Source: Patescibacteria group bacterium
GTDB lineage: Bacteria > Patescibacteriota > Minisyncoccia > 2-02-FULL-40-12
DNA length: 63,041 nt
Assembly: GCA_038063995.1 (NCBI GenBank)
Contig: JBBTUA010000003.1
Location: forward strand, 1 to 63,041
Direction: 5' to 3'
Below are positions 45,118-53,366 of the stretch, piece by piece. Position numbers and translations under genes: made by a program. The notes beneath the pieces were generated by a model. It was not told the origin of the DNA. It did not search any database and worked only from the letters and a program-made list of their open reading frames with translations. The stretch's first letter is position 1, and each line of letters begins with the position of its first letter.

Positions 45118-45350
45118 ATACTTAATATATACCCAAATCGGGTTATTTTATTTCGTGTTTATTCGGCAAAACTCCTGACAGGACGCAGTCAATTGGTCTT
45201 TGATTAAACCCTTGGACTGATACCGGAATATTTTTTCTACGGGTAATTTGGAAGAGCTTGTCTCTTTCTAGATTATTCCTGGATAGTATTCTACCCCTCG
45301 CATTTCCCAAGATCGAGGATTTGACTGCGTCCTGTCAGGAGTTTTTTATT
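45118..45350 (+). ncRNA. candidate structured non-coding RNA of unknown class, or a MITE-like element
   Basis: Lies downstream of the consensus promoter. 45168-45192 and 45321-45345 form a perfect 25 bp stem enclosing 128 nt, followed by TTTTTTATT. No ORF is present. Confidence 0.4.
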
Positions 45351-45361
45351 CTCCATCCAGC

Positions 45362-46789
45362 TTAGCTGGATCCAAGAACCCTGTGAATCTCATCAAGATC
45401 GGTTATTCCTTCCAAAACTTTTAAATATCCGTCTTGAAGCATTGTTATCATTCCTTTTTTATCAAGCAGGCCTTTAAATTCAGTAATATTCGGGGTTTGG
45501 AGAATGAATTTCTCTATTTCCGGTTCCATTTCAAAGGCTTCAAAAATTCCTATCCTGCTTTTATAGCCTGTAAAATTGCATTTCTCGCAGCCAGCCGCTT
45601 TAAAAATCATAAATTTGTGTTTTTTAGGCACTGGATTTTTATCCAAATTTTTTAAAACAGAATTTATTTTTTCGATTTCGGCATCTTCGGCCGAAACTTC
45701 TTTTTTACAATCTTCGCATAATTTTCTGACCAGTCTCTGGGCCATGGCGATATTCATCGCTGGAGCAATTATTTGGGGTTTAACGCCCATATCAATCAAT
45801 CTTGGAATGGCTCCGGCCGCATCGTTGGTGTGCAGAGTCGAAAAAACTAAATGTCCGGTAAGGCCTGCGTGCAGCGCTGTTTCGGCGGTTTCAGCATCTC
45901 TTATTTCTCCAACCAGAATAACGTCAGGGTCCTGTCTTACTATGGATCTTAGCCCGTTTGAAAAATCATATCCCTTTTCCGGTTCAACTTGAGTTTGTGA
46001 TACTCCTTGAATTTTATATTCAATGGGGTCTTCGATGGTTATTATCTTCACTCCCGGTTCGTTCGCAAAATTAATAAAAGCATAAAGGGTCGTAGTTTTG
46101 CCTGATCCTGTCGGCCCGGTCGTTAAAATCAAACCAGTAGTTTTTTTCAGTCCTTTCTTAATTTTCTCAAGCAGGCCGCTCCTTATGCCTAATTCTTCCA
46201 AGCTTTTTTTGATAGTCTTGGGATCCAGGAGCCTCATTGCAATGCTTTCGCCGTAAGCTCCCGGAAGTGACGAGACCCTTACTTCAATATCGCCGCCGCT
46301 TCTTTTAACGGTGAATCTTCCGTCTTGGGGCGCCTCTCTTATGTTTATTTTCAGGCCGGCGATGAGTTTGATCCTATTTAAAAGAGCTGGATAGTCGTTT
46401 TTAGGAAAGTCCAGAATATCCTGCAGGACTCCGTCTATCCTGAATCTTAACCTAATACGTTTGTCTTCAGGTTCAAAGTGGATATCCGAAGCTTCAATCG
46501 AAATTGCTCCGCCAAGCAGGAATTCAAGGCTTTCCGTTGTCTGTGTCTGGGCTATTTTAGTCTTGAGATCCTGTATATTTTTTACTTCTTTTTCAAATTG
46601 ATTCAGCTTTTCCTGGCCAAGATTTAACTCACCAAGCCTGGTTTCTTTGAATTGAACTTTGGGAGGACTTGCCTTTTCGGTTAATTGGGTCGTTTCCCCG
46701 CTTTCCCGTCTTCTTATTTCCTGGAGCTTCAATTCTAATTTTCTTTCTTTTTTAGGATCCGGGAATTTCGGAGTTGGAGTGCTAGACAT
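45362..46789 (-). CDS. GspE/PilB-family type II/IV secretion (pilus assembly) ATPase
   Basis: Walker A TGPTGSGKTTTL, Asp box, Walker B ILVGEIRD, His box and a C-terminal tetracysteine C..C...C..C. Confidence 0.9.
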   Translation of the reverse strand: MSSTPTPKFPDPKKERKLELKLQEIRRRESGETTQLTEKASPPKVQFKETRLGELNLGQEKLNQFEKEVKNIQDLKTKIAQTQTTESLEFLLGGAISIEASDIHFEPEDKRIRLRFRIDGVLQDILDFPKNDYPALLNRIKLIAGLKINIREAPQDGRFTVKRSGGDIEVRVSSLPGAYGESIAMRLLDPKTIKKSLEELGIRSGLLEKIKKGLKKTTGLILTTGPTGSGKTTTLYAFINFANEPGVKIITIEDPIEYKIQGVSQTQVEPEKGYDFSNGLRSIVRQDPDVILVGEIRDAETAETALHAGLTGHLVFSTLHTNDAAGAIPRLIDMGVKPQIIAPAMNIAMAQRLVRKLCEDCKKEVSAEDAEIEKINSVLKNLDKNPVPKKHKFMIFKAAGCEKCNFTGYKSRIGIFEAFEMEPEIEKFILQTPNITEFKGLLDKKGMITMLQDGYLKVLEGITDLDEIHRVLGSS

Positions 46790-46844
46790 ACCTATTTAAT
46801 ACAGGAATTATTTTTTTTGGAAAGAGGATAACTAAGTTATCCTC

Positions 46845-46872
46845 TTGACCTCTATCTTTATTCTGATATAAT
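46845..46872 (+). promoter_or_regulatory. candidate nusA promoter (TTGACC-16 nt-TATAAT)
   Basis: ttgacc 46845-46850, tataat 46867-46872. The -35 box overlaps the 11 bp hairpin aagaggataac-taa-gttatcctctt (46822-46846). Confidence 0.5.
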
Positions 46873-46928
46873 TATGTATATATGATGAAAGAGAGTCCGT
46901 TACTAAGCGGGCTTCTATTTTTAAATTT

Positions 46929-48152
46929 ATGCTTTTAGACATCAAGCAGTTTATGTCAGCCATAAAGCAGATTGCCGAAGAAAAAGGGATTAGCGAACAA
47001 AAAATAATCGATACGATAAATGCGGCGCTCGCCTCAGCCTATAAAAAGGATTACGGCAGGAAAAGCCAAATAATCAGGGCAAAATTAGATCCGTCAAGCG
47101 GCCATATTTCTGTGTGGCAGGTTAAATATGTAGTTGAAGGAGTTGATGAAGAAGGCTACATCACCGGTTTTTCTTTGAAAAAAGATTTAGCCCCGGGCTT
47201 TGCTTTTGATGAGGAAAGCGGTTTAAGACTTGAAGGAGAAGAAGGAGAAATAAGAGTTAAGTTTAATCCTGAAAAACATATTCTTGTTGAGGAAGCGAAA
47301 AAGGCAGACGCTTCTTTAAAACCGGGAGACGAATTGGTTCTTCCTTTGGAAGAGAAAAGTGATTTTGGAAGAATTGCTGCCCAGACGGCAAAACAGGTTA
47401 TTGTCCAAAGGCTTCGCGAAGCGGAAAGAGAATCGGTGGCAGAGGAGTATAAAAAGATGATTGGTTTTTTGGTGAGCGGAACGGTTCAAAGGCGCGAAGG
47501 GAGGCATATTTATCTTGATATCGGAAGGGTTTTAGGCGTTCTCCCTCCTGCTGAACAGAATTATTTAGATAATTATTCAGTAGGCCGGCGTTTTAAAGCT
47601 TTGATCTTGGCTATTGAAGAAACTTCAAAAGGCCCGATGATTGTTTTGTCTCGTTCTCATCCCAAGCTTTTAGAGAAGTTGTTCGAACTGGAAGTGCCTG
47701 AGATTTCAAACGGCTCTGTTTTGATTAAAGGAGTAAGCCGCGAATCCGGCTCCCGTTCTAAAATCGCTGTTTGGTCAAAAGATGCTCATGTTGATCCAAT
47801 TGGCTCCTTGGTTGGCCAGAAGGGGATCAGGGTTCAGACTGTTATCAATGAACTTTCGGGCGAGAAGATAGATATTGTTGAGTGGTCGGAAGACCCGGCC
47901 AAGTTTGTTGTTGGCGCGATGTCTCCTGCCAAAATTTCCGATGTCAGAATTTTAGATGATAAGAAAAAGCATATTTTAGTTGAAGTTCCGGATGACCAAT
48001 TTTCGTTAGCTATCGGAAAAAGAGGCCAAAATGTCAGGCTGGCCGCAAAACTTACAGGCTGGAAAATAGATGTTCGTTCTCCGAAGGAGGAAATGAAAGC
48101 CGAAGAAGCAGATCTCGTCGAAGGTTCCGCCGATTCGCGGAGCGAATCGTAG
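46929..48152 (+). CDS. nusA: transcription termination/antitermination factor NusA
   Basis: N-terminal domain, S1, and two KH domains (IGKRGQNVRLA..TGWKIDV). The last ~12 codons and the stop come from repeat copy 48114-48164. Confidence 0.92.
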   Translation: MLLDIKQFMSAIKQIAEEKGISEQKIIDTINAALASAYKKDYGRKSQIIRAKLDPSSGHISVWQVKYVVEGVDEEGYITGFSLKKDLAPGFAFDEESGLRLEGEEGEIRVKFNPEKHILVEEAKKADASLKPGDELVLPLEEKSDFGRIAAQTAKQVIVQRLREAERESVAEEYKKMIGFLVSGTVQRREGRHIYLDIGRVLGVLPPAEQNYLDNYSVGRRFKALILAIEETSKGPMIVLSRSHPKLLEKLFELEVPEISNGSVLIKGVSRESGSRSKIAVWSKDAHVDPIGSLVGQKGIRVQTVINELSGEKIDIVEWSEDPAKFVVGAMSPAKISDVRILDDKKKHILVEVPDDQFSLAIGKRGQNVRLAAKLTGWKIDVRSPKEEMKAEEADLVEGSADSRSES

Positions 48153-48164
48153 CGGAATCGCTGT
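48114..48164 (-). repeat. GC-rich palindromic repeat, copy 5 (reverse)
   Basis: ctcgtcgaaggttccgccgattcgcggagcgaatcgtagcggaatcgctgt is the reverse complement of the family consensus. Confidence 0.85.
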
Positions 48165-48170
48165 CTGTAA

Positions 48171-49178
48171 ATGAAGTACAACCTGAAGAAAAATAAAAGC
48201 TGCGAAATAAGCCTTGTCGTCACTTTTGATAAAGAGGACCTCGATTATTACGTCAATGAAGCCCAAAAGAATTTGGCCAACAATTTAAAGATCGAAGGTT
48301 TTAGAAAGGGCAAAGTTCCTTTAGAGGTGGCCAAAGACAAGCTGGATAAAAACGAAGTTTTAAAAATAGCTTTTGATCTAGCTTTCAGGCAAAGCTTCAG
48401 TGATATACTGTTCAAAGAAAAGCTCGAGCTTATTGATGCGTCTAAATTCGAAGTTAAAGAAAATTCCTCTGACATGATGGTTTATTCAGTCATCCTTATA
48501 ATTTTTCCGGAGTTCAAAGTAGCAGATTATCACGATATGAGAATTAAAAGAAATGCTGTTTCTGTTTCCGAAGAAGAAATAGACAAAACCGCGGAATCCA
48601 TAAGAGATTCCAGGAAAAAAGACGGAGTTATTCCGGAGCTCAATGACGAATTTGCCAGAAATCTTGGCCAATTCAACGATTTAAAAGAGTTTAGAGTCAG
48701 CATTGGCGAGGGTTTGAAGCAAGAGAAAGAAATTAAGGAAAGCCAGAGGATTCAGAGTGCCATACTGGATAAGATTGCAGAAAAAACCAAGGTAGAGTCG
48801 CCTTCTTTGTTGATTGAACGCCAATTGGACCAAATGATGCTTGAACTCGATGCCGATCTTCACCGGCAGGGTCTGGAACTCGGTTTGTTTTTGGCCAAAA
48901 TCAAAAAAACCAAGGATGCTTTAAGAAGCGAGTGGAAGCCTAAAGCAGAATTATTGGTTAAAAAGGCCTTGATTATAAAAGAAATTTCGAAAAAAGAAAA
49001 TATAAAAACCGATGAGCAGGAAGTCAAAGAAAAAATGAATCAGCTTCTTCAGGGTTTCGGCAATCCGGAGCAGGCTGAAAAAAACATAGATCTTCCAAAG
49101 CTTGCCGAGCAAATGAAGCAAATTATCTTAAACCAAAAGGTTTTGGTGTTTTTGGAGAAAAAAGCCACTCAAAATTAA
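48171..49178 (+). CDS. tig: trigger factor, short form apparently lacking the PPIase domain
   Basis: N-terminal ribosome-binding motif GFRKGKVP and C-terminal arm domain. It is 335 aa against the usual ~430. Confidence 0.8.
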   Translation: MKYNLKKNKSCEISLVVTFDKEDLDYYVNEAQKNLANNLKIEGFRKGKVPLEVAKDKLDKNEVLKIAFDLAFRQSFSDILFKEKLELIDASKFEVKENSSDMMVYSVILIIFPEFKVADYHDMRIKRNAVSVSEEEIDKTAESIRDSRKKDGVIPELNDEFARNLGQFNDLKEFRVSIGEGLKQEKEIKESQRIQSAILDKIAEKTKVESPSLLIERQLDQMMLELDADLHRQGLELGLFLAKIKKTKDALRSEWKPKAELLVKKALIIKEISKKENIKTDEQEVKEKMNQLLQGFGNPEQAEKNIDLPKLAEQMKQIILNQKVLVFLEKKATQN

Positions 49179-50710
49179 ATCAGGTCTAAGCCGGTCATCT
49201 CCGGAGGTTTCTCAATTTTCATCAGTTTTAAAATAGTCGGGGCAATGTCTTGAAGCATTCCTGCAATCCGGCTTTCCTCATAAAGTATTTCTTCTTCATT
49301 TTTATCTTTTTTAAATTCCTGGCCGACAATAAAAAGAGGCACGGGATTGGGATTATGTTTCGATTCTTTTTCTCCGGTGCCAAGATAGGTGAGAGTTTCG
49401 GCGTTTCCGTGGTCGCCGGTGATGAGAATGACCGGATTCGATATAAGACTGGCTTGATAAATCTTTCCGACTGCCTGATCCACTGCCTCGACTCCTTTGG
49501 TGGTCGCTTCAAAATTGCCGGTATGGGAAAGCATATCGGCGTTGGCGAAGTTGGCGACTATGAATTCGAAATTTTGATTCCGCATCTCCTCGATTATTTT
49601 TTCGGCTATTTCTTCGGCTCTCATTTTTGGATTTTGCTCAAACTCTTTTAGGGAAGGGATAAGCAAATCCGTCTCGCCTTCAAACTCTTTTTCTCTTAGT
49701 CCGTTAAAGAAATAGGTCAGATGGGCGTATTTGGCGGTTTCGGCTATGCGGGCCTGCTTAAGGCTGCTTTTTTCAAGCACCTCTCCTAAAGTATTTTTTA
49801 TTTCCGGCCTTTTAAAAAGCGGCTCTATTTTTAAACCATTTCCATAATTAGTCATAGTGGCCAAAAATAAATTTCCGAATTTCTTTGTTTCAAAAACATC
49901 AAAGTTTTGATCGCCAAAAGCCATTACAAGCTGTCTCATACTGTCTTCTCTGAAGTTAAAAAAAAGAATGCCGTCCTCGTCTTTGATGAGAGATGACTGA
50001 TTACTGGCCATTGGCGGCATCAGGTCGTCCGGCGTGCCGCTTGAGTGGTGATTTTTCACGGCTTCTTTAAAATCCGAAACCTTTTCTCCTTTTCCGAAAA
50101 CAAGAAGTTCATAGGCCTGCTCGGTCCGGAGCCAGTTTGTGTCTCTGTCCATCGCAAAGTCCCGTCCGATTATTGAACCTATTTTGATTTTGCTGTTTTG
50201 GATGGCTTTTTCAATTTTTTCCAGAAGGAACAAAGATTCTTTTTTGCCCGAGTCCTTGCCGTCGGTGAATAAGTGAAGGAAAACGTTTCCGGACAGTTCT
50301 TTTGTTTTCAAGTATTCAGTAATAGAAAGCAGATGGTCAATGGAAGAATGGACCTTGCCTGAAGTTAAGAGTCCGGCTATGTGCAAATTTGATTTATTTT
50401 TTTCGATATGCCCGCAGAGCTTTTTAAAGTTTTCGTTGCTGAAAAAGGAGCCGTTTTTAAAACTCTCATTTATTAAAGTTAGATATTGGATAATAATTCT
50501 GCCTGACCCTAAAGTCAAATGCCCCACTTCAGAGTTCCCTTCTTCCAAGGGCGGCAGTCCTACCGCTAAACCAGAAGCCTGCAAAAGAAAAAAAGGATAA
50601 CTCTGCCTCAGGTGATTAATATTTGGAGTATCGGCTGCAAGTATCGCGTTGCCGGTCGGATTTTTAGACCAGCCCCACCCGTCAAGAATCAAAAGAATAA
50701 TCTGTCTCAC
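49175..50710 (-). CDS. gpmI: 2,3-bisphosphoglycerate-independent phosphoglycerate mutase
   Basis: LILDGWG, NSEVGHL.LG.GR, ITGDHGNAE motifs. Confidence 0.93.
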   Translation of the reverse strand: MRQIILLILDGWGWSKNPTGNAILAADTPNINHLRQSYPFFLLQASGLAVGLPPLEEGNSEVGHLTLGSGRIIIQYLTLINESFKNGSFFSNENFKKLCGHIEKNKSNLHIAGLLTSGKVHSSIDHLLSITEYLKTKELSGNVFLHLFTDGKDSGKKESLFLLEKIEKAIQNSKIKIGSIIGRDFAMDRDTNWLRTEQAYELLVFGKGEKVSDFKEAVKNHHSSGTPDDLMPPMASNQSSLIKDEDGILFFNFREDSMRQLVMAFGDQNFDVFETKKFGNLFLATMTNYGNGLKIEPLFKRPEIKNTLGEVLEKSSLKQARIAETAKYAHLTYFFNGLREKEFEGETDLLIPSLKEFEQNPKMRAEEIAEKIIEEMRNQNFEFIVANFANADMLSHTGNFEATTKGVEAVDQAVGKIYQASLISNPVILITGDHGNAETLTYLGTGEKESKHNPNPVPLFIVGQEFKKDKNEEEILYEESRIAGMLQDIAPTILKLMKIEKPPEMTGLDLI

Positions 50711-50788
50711 TTTTTGTATTTTGACATATTAGGCCGTCTTTGTTAATCTGAATTAGGTCAGTTAATTTTAATATGAATTTAATCTATT

Positions 50789-52288
50789 ATGATTTTGGGA
50801 TTAAATCCGCTTTTAGCGGCTATTTTAGCTTTAGTTTTCGGAGGAGTTCTCGGGTTTGCTCTAAGATATTTCTTAGCTAAGAAAGAAGCTCAAGATGCAA
50901 AGCTTTCTGCCCAGGAAGTATTATTAAAGGCCAAGGAGCAAGCTCTAAAAATTCTTGATGATGCGAAAAAGGACGAAAAGCTCCGGCAGGAGCAGTTCCT
51001 TAAAATTGAGAACATACTTTCAAACAAGGAGAAGGAATTAGAAGAGCAGAAAAAGAAAATCTCTGTTGATTCAGAGGCCGTAAAAACAAAAGAAAAGGAG
51101 ATCGAGGAATTGAAGGGAATTCTTTTGGCAAAAACCGAATCGAAAGTCAAAGAGCTTGAAAAAATCTCGGGCGTGAAAAAGGAAGACGCCAAACTTATTC
51201 TTTTCAAGCAGGTAGAAGACGAGTATAAGGATGATATTTATCAAAAGATTAAAAAGATCGAAAGCGAGGGCAACGAGTTGATCGAGAGGCGCGCCAGAGA
51301 ACTTTTGATCTCGGTCATTCAAAGATACGCTCAATCGCAGATCGCCGATGCGACAACCTCGACTGTTTCTCTGCCGTCAGACGAAATGAAAGGAAAAATA
51401 ATCGGCAAGGAAGGGAGGAATATAAAAACGATTGAACGGCTTACCGGCGTCGATGTAATAATTGATGAGACTCCAGAAACCCTGGTGATCTCCGGTTTTG
51501 ATCCCATAAGACGCCAGATCGCCAAAATGACCCTTGAAAAATTGATAGCCGACGGCAGAATTCATCCGGCCAGAATTGAAGAAACCGTCGAGCTGGCCCG
51601 GGTTGAATTGGAAAAAAAGATAAAAGAAGCCGGCGAGAATGCCCTTTTTGAAACAGCCGTCGGGCCGCTGGATCCCAAACTGGTTTATCTGCTCGGCCGG
51701 CTTGCCTTCAGGACAAGTTTCAGCCAAAATGTTCTTCAGCATTCAATCGAAATGACTCATATCGCCGGAATGCTTGCCCAGGAGCTTAAGGCTGATGTGG
51801 CAGTTGCCAAAACCGCAGCCTTGCTGCATGATATTGGTAAAGCCGTGGATCATGAGGTTCAAGGAACCCATATCGAGATAGGCCGCCGGATTTTGGAAAA
51901 ATTCGGAGTAGATAGAAAAGTCATTACGGCGATGGAGTCTCACCATGAGGATTATCCTTATGCCTCACTGGAAGCGAGAATCGTCCAGGCCGCTGACGCC
52001 ATTTCGGCAGCGAGACCCGGAGCCAGACGCGAAACAGTCGAGTTCTATCTTAAACGGCTTGAAGACCTTGAACGAATCGCTTCTTCATTTGAAGGAGTTG
52101 AAAAGTCTTACGCGGTTCAGGCAGGAAGAGAATTAAGAGTATTTGTTCTTCCAACCAAGATTGATGATCTTGGGGCTATCAAACTAGCCCGGGACATTGC
52201 CAAGAAAATAGAGGAAGAAATGAATTACCCAGGTGAAATTAAAGTTAATGTTATTAGAGAAACAAGGGCAGTAGAGTATGCCCGGTAG
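50789..52288 (+). CDS. rny: ribonuclease Y
   Basis: N-terminal TM helix, coiled coil, KH (GKIIGKEGRNI) and HD domain (LLHDIGKA). Confidence 0.93.
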   Translation: MILGLNPLLAAILALVFGGVLGFALRYFLAKKEAQDAKLSAQEVLLKAKEQALKILDDAKKDEKLRQEQFLKIENILSNKEKELEEQKKKISVDSEAVKTKEKEIEELKGILLAKTESKVKELEKISGVKKEDAKLILFKQVEDEYKDDIYQKIKKIESEGNELIERRARELLISVIQRYAQSQIADATTSTVSLPSDEMKGKIIGKEGRNIKTIERLTGVDVIIDETPETLVISGFDPIRRQIAKMTLEKLIADGRIHPARIEETVELARVELEKKIKEAGENALFETAVGPLDPKLVYLLGRLAFRTSFSQNVLQHSIEMTHIAGMLAQELKADVAVAKTAALLHDIGKAVDHEVQGTHIEIGRRILEKFGVDRKVITAMESHHEDYPYASLEARIVQAADAISAARPGARRETVEFYLKRLEDLERIASSFEGVEKSYAVQAGRELRVFVLPTKIDDLGAIKLARDIAKKIEEEMNYPGEIKVNVIRETRAVEYAR

Positions 52289-52326
52289 GTCGAAATTTTT
52301 ACGTTGTTTATCAATTAAAGATTCAA

Positions 52327-52605
52327 ATGCCAATAAAAAAGAATCAGTTAACCCAGAGTTTGGCCGATAAGCTTGGTGTAACCAAGAAACAGGGAGCCGA
52401 TTTTTTGGATGCGTTTGTCGAGCAGATCACCGACTATATGAGAAAAGGAGAAAAGGTAAATATCACCGGCTTCGGCATTTTCAAAGTTGCCGATAGAAAA
52501 GCCAGGGAAGGAATAAATCCAAAAACCGGCGAAAGGATTCACATTGCAGCATCTAAGAAACCTAGATTTACTGCCGGCAAAGCTCTCAAAGAAGCCGTCA
52601 AATAA
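52327..52605 (+). CDS. hup: HU-family DNA-binding protein
   Basis: 92 aa; GFG.F.V..R.AR.G.NP.TGE.I.I motif. Confidence 0.92.
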   Translation: MPIKKNQLTQSLADKLGVTKKQGADFLDAFVEQITDYMRKGEKVNITGFGIFKVADRKAREGINPKTGERIHIAASKKPRFTAGKALKEAVK

Positions 52606-52625
52606 TTTTAGAGGGCAGTAGAGAG

Positions 52626-52689
52626 TGTTCGTCGAAGGTTCCGCCCCCGTAGAACCTAAAGGGTTTTTACGGGGTTGCGAAATCGCTGT
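52626..52689 (-). repeat. GC-rich palindromic repeat, copy 6 (reverse, different inner hairpin)
   Basis: tgttcgtcgaaggttccgcc...ccccgta..tacgggg...ttgcgaaatcgctgt; the family termini are retained but the inner stem is replaced. Confidence 0.7.
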
Positions 52690-52707
52690 AGTTTTGAATT
52701 CAAAATT

Positions 52708-52749
52708 AACTAAAACCGCCCGTTCGACAAGCTCAGGGCGGTTTTAGTT
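52708..52749. terminator. 14 bp stem hairpin, terminator-like
   Basis: aactaaaaccgccc (52708-52721) pairs with gggcggttttagtt (52736-52749). The loop contains ttcgacaagctcagg. Confidence 0.55.
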
Positions 52750-52816
52750 TTAATAAGATTAGTTTGAAAAAAAGTGAAAATTTTGATAAATTTAGCCGTG
52801 AGTGTCTAGATAATAA

Positions 52817-52898
52817 CGGGCTGTGGTGTAACGGCTAGTCTCGATATCGCCTTGCGATATCGAGGATCCTCGATTGCGAAGCAATCGGGACACGAGTC
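52817..52898 (+). repeat. diverged duplicate of the tRNA-Pro 5' portion plus two hairpins
   Basis: cgggctgtggtgtaacgg (52817-52834) versus cgggctggcgtatgacgg at the start of the tRNA. Between them are hairpins tcgatatcg-ccttg-cgatatcga and cgattgc-gaa-gcaatcg. Confidence 0.65.
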
Positions 52899-52969
52899 CG
52901 GGCTGGCGTATGACGGTGGTACGACTGCTTTGGGAGCAGTTAGACTGGGTTCGACTCCCAGCAGCCCGA
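52899..52969 (+). tRNA. tRNA-Pro (anticodon TGG)
   Basis: Acceptor cgggctg/cagcccg, D-stem gtat/gtac, anticodon arm actgc-tttggga-gcagt, T-arm ctggg-ttcgact-cccag. Position 8 is G rather than the usual U. Confidence 0.7.
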
Positions 52970-52980
52970 CTGATTAAAAT

Positions 52981-53051
52981 GCGGGTATAGTATAGCAGCA
53001 GTACAACACCCTTCCAAGGTGTGGGCAGGGGTGCAAATCCCCTTACCCGCT
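52981..53051 (+). tRNA. tRNA-Trp (anticodon CCA)
   Basis: Acceptor gcgggta/tacccgc, anticodon arm acacc-cttccaa-ggtgt, T-arm agggg-tgcaaat-cccct. Confidence 0.85.
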
Positions 53052-53057
53052 CTGATT

Positions 53058-53129
53058 GCCCCCGTAGTTCAATGGATAGAATGAGAAACTTCTAATTTCT
53101 AGATGGAGGTTCGATTCCTCCCGGGGGTA
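53058..53129 (+). tRNA. tRNA-Arg (anticodon TCT)
   Basis: Acceptor gcccccg/cgggggt, anticodon arm agaaa-cttctaa-tttct, T-arm ggagg-ttcgatt-cctcc. Confidence 0.85.
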
Positions 53130-53143
53130 TTAGAAAATCCGAC

Positions 53144-53216
53144 CCGCCCATAGCTCAATTGGCAGAGCAAATCCCTCTTAAGGATAAGGTTCCAGGTTCG
53201 ACTCCTGGTGGGCGGA
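53144..53216 (+). tRNA. tRNA-Lys (anticodon CTT)
   Basis: Acceptor ccgccca/tgggcgg, D-arm gctc-aattggca-gagc, anticodon loop ctcttaa, T-arm ccagg-ttcgact-cctgg. Confidence 0.85.
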
Positions 53217-53366
53217 CGAGCGAAGCGAGGACGACCACAGCACGCAAACTGCTTTGCGTGCGTTAGGAGTCGAAGGGCGGAACGATGTATTTGCCAGCAG
53301 GCAAATACCGTGAGCCCAGTCCGAAACTAAAGCGAGCGGCGGCGAGCTTTAAGTTGAGGAAGACAT

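Noticed and set aside
45118-45350. Assignment of the orphan structured element to SRP RNA, RNase P RNA, tmRNA or a retron msr/msd
   Set aside because: I could not find the diagnostic motifs: the SRP GGAA-tetraloop helix 8 sequence, the RNase P GAGGAAAGUCC motif, or the tmRNA tRNA-like end and tag ORF. No reverse transcriptase is adjacent. The class is left open.
52817-52969. Group I intron in tRNA-Pro
   Set aside because: The extra segment is only about 64-80 nt. It lies in the D-arm region rather than the anticodon loop, and it consists of two simple hairpins. That is far too small and in the wrong place for a group I intron.
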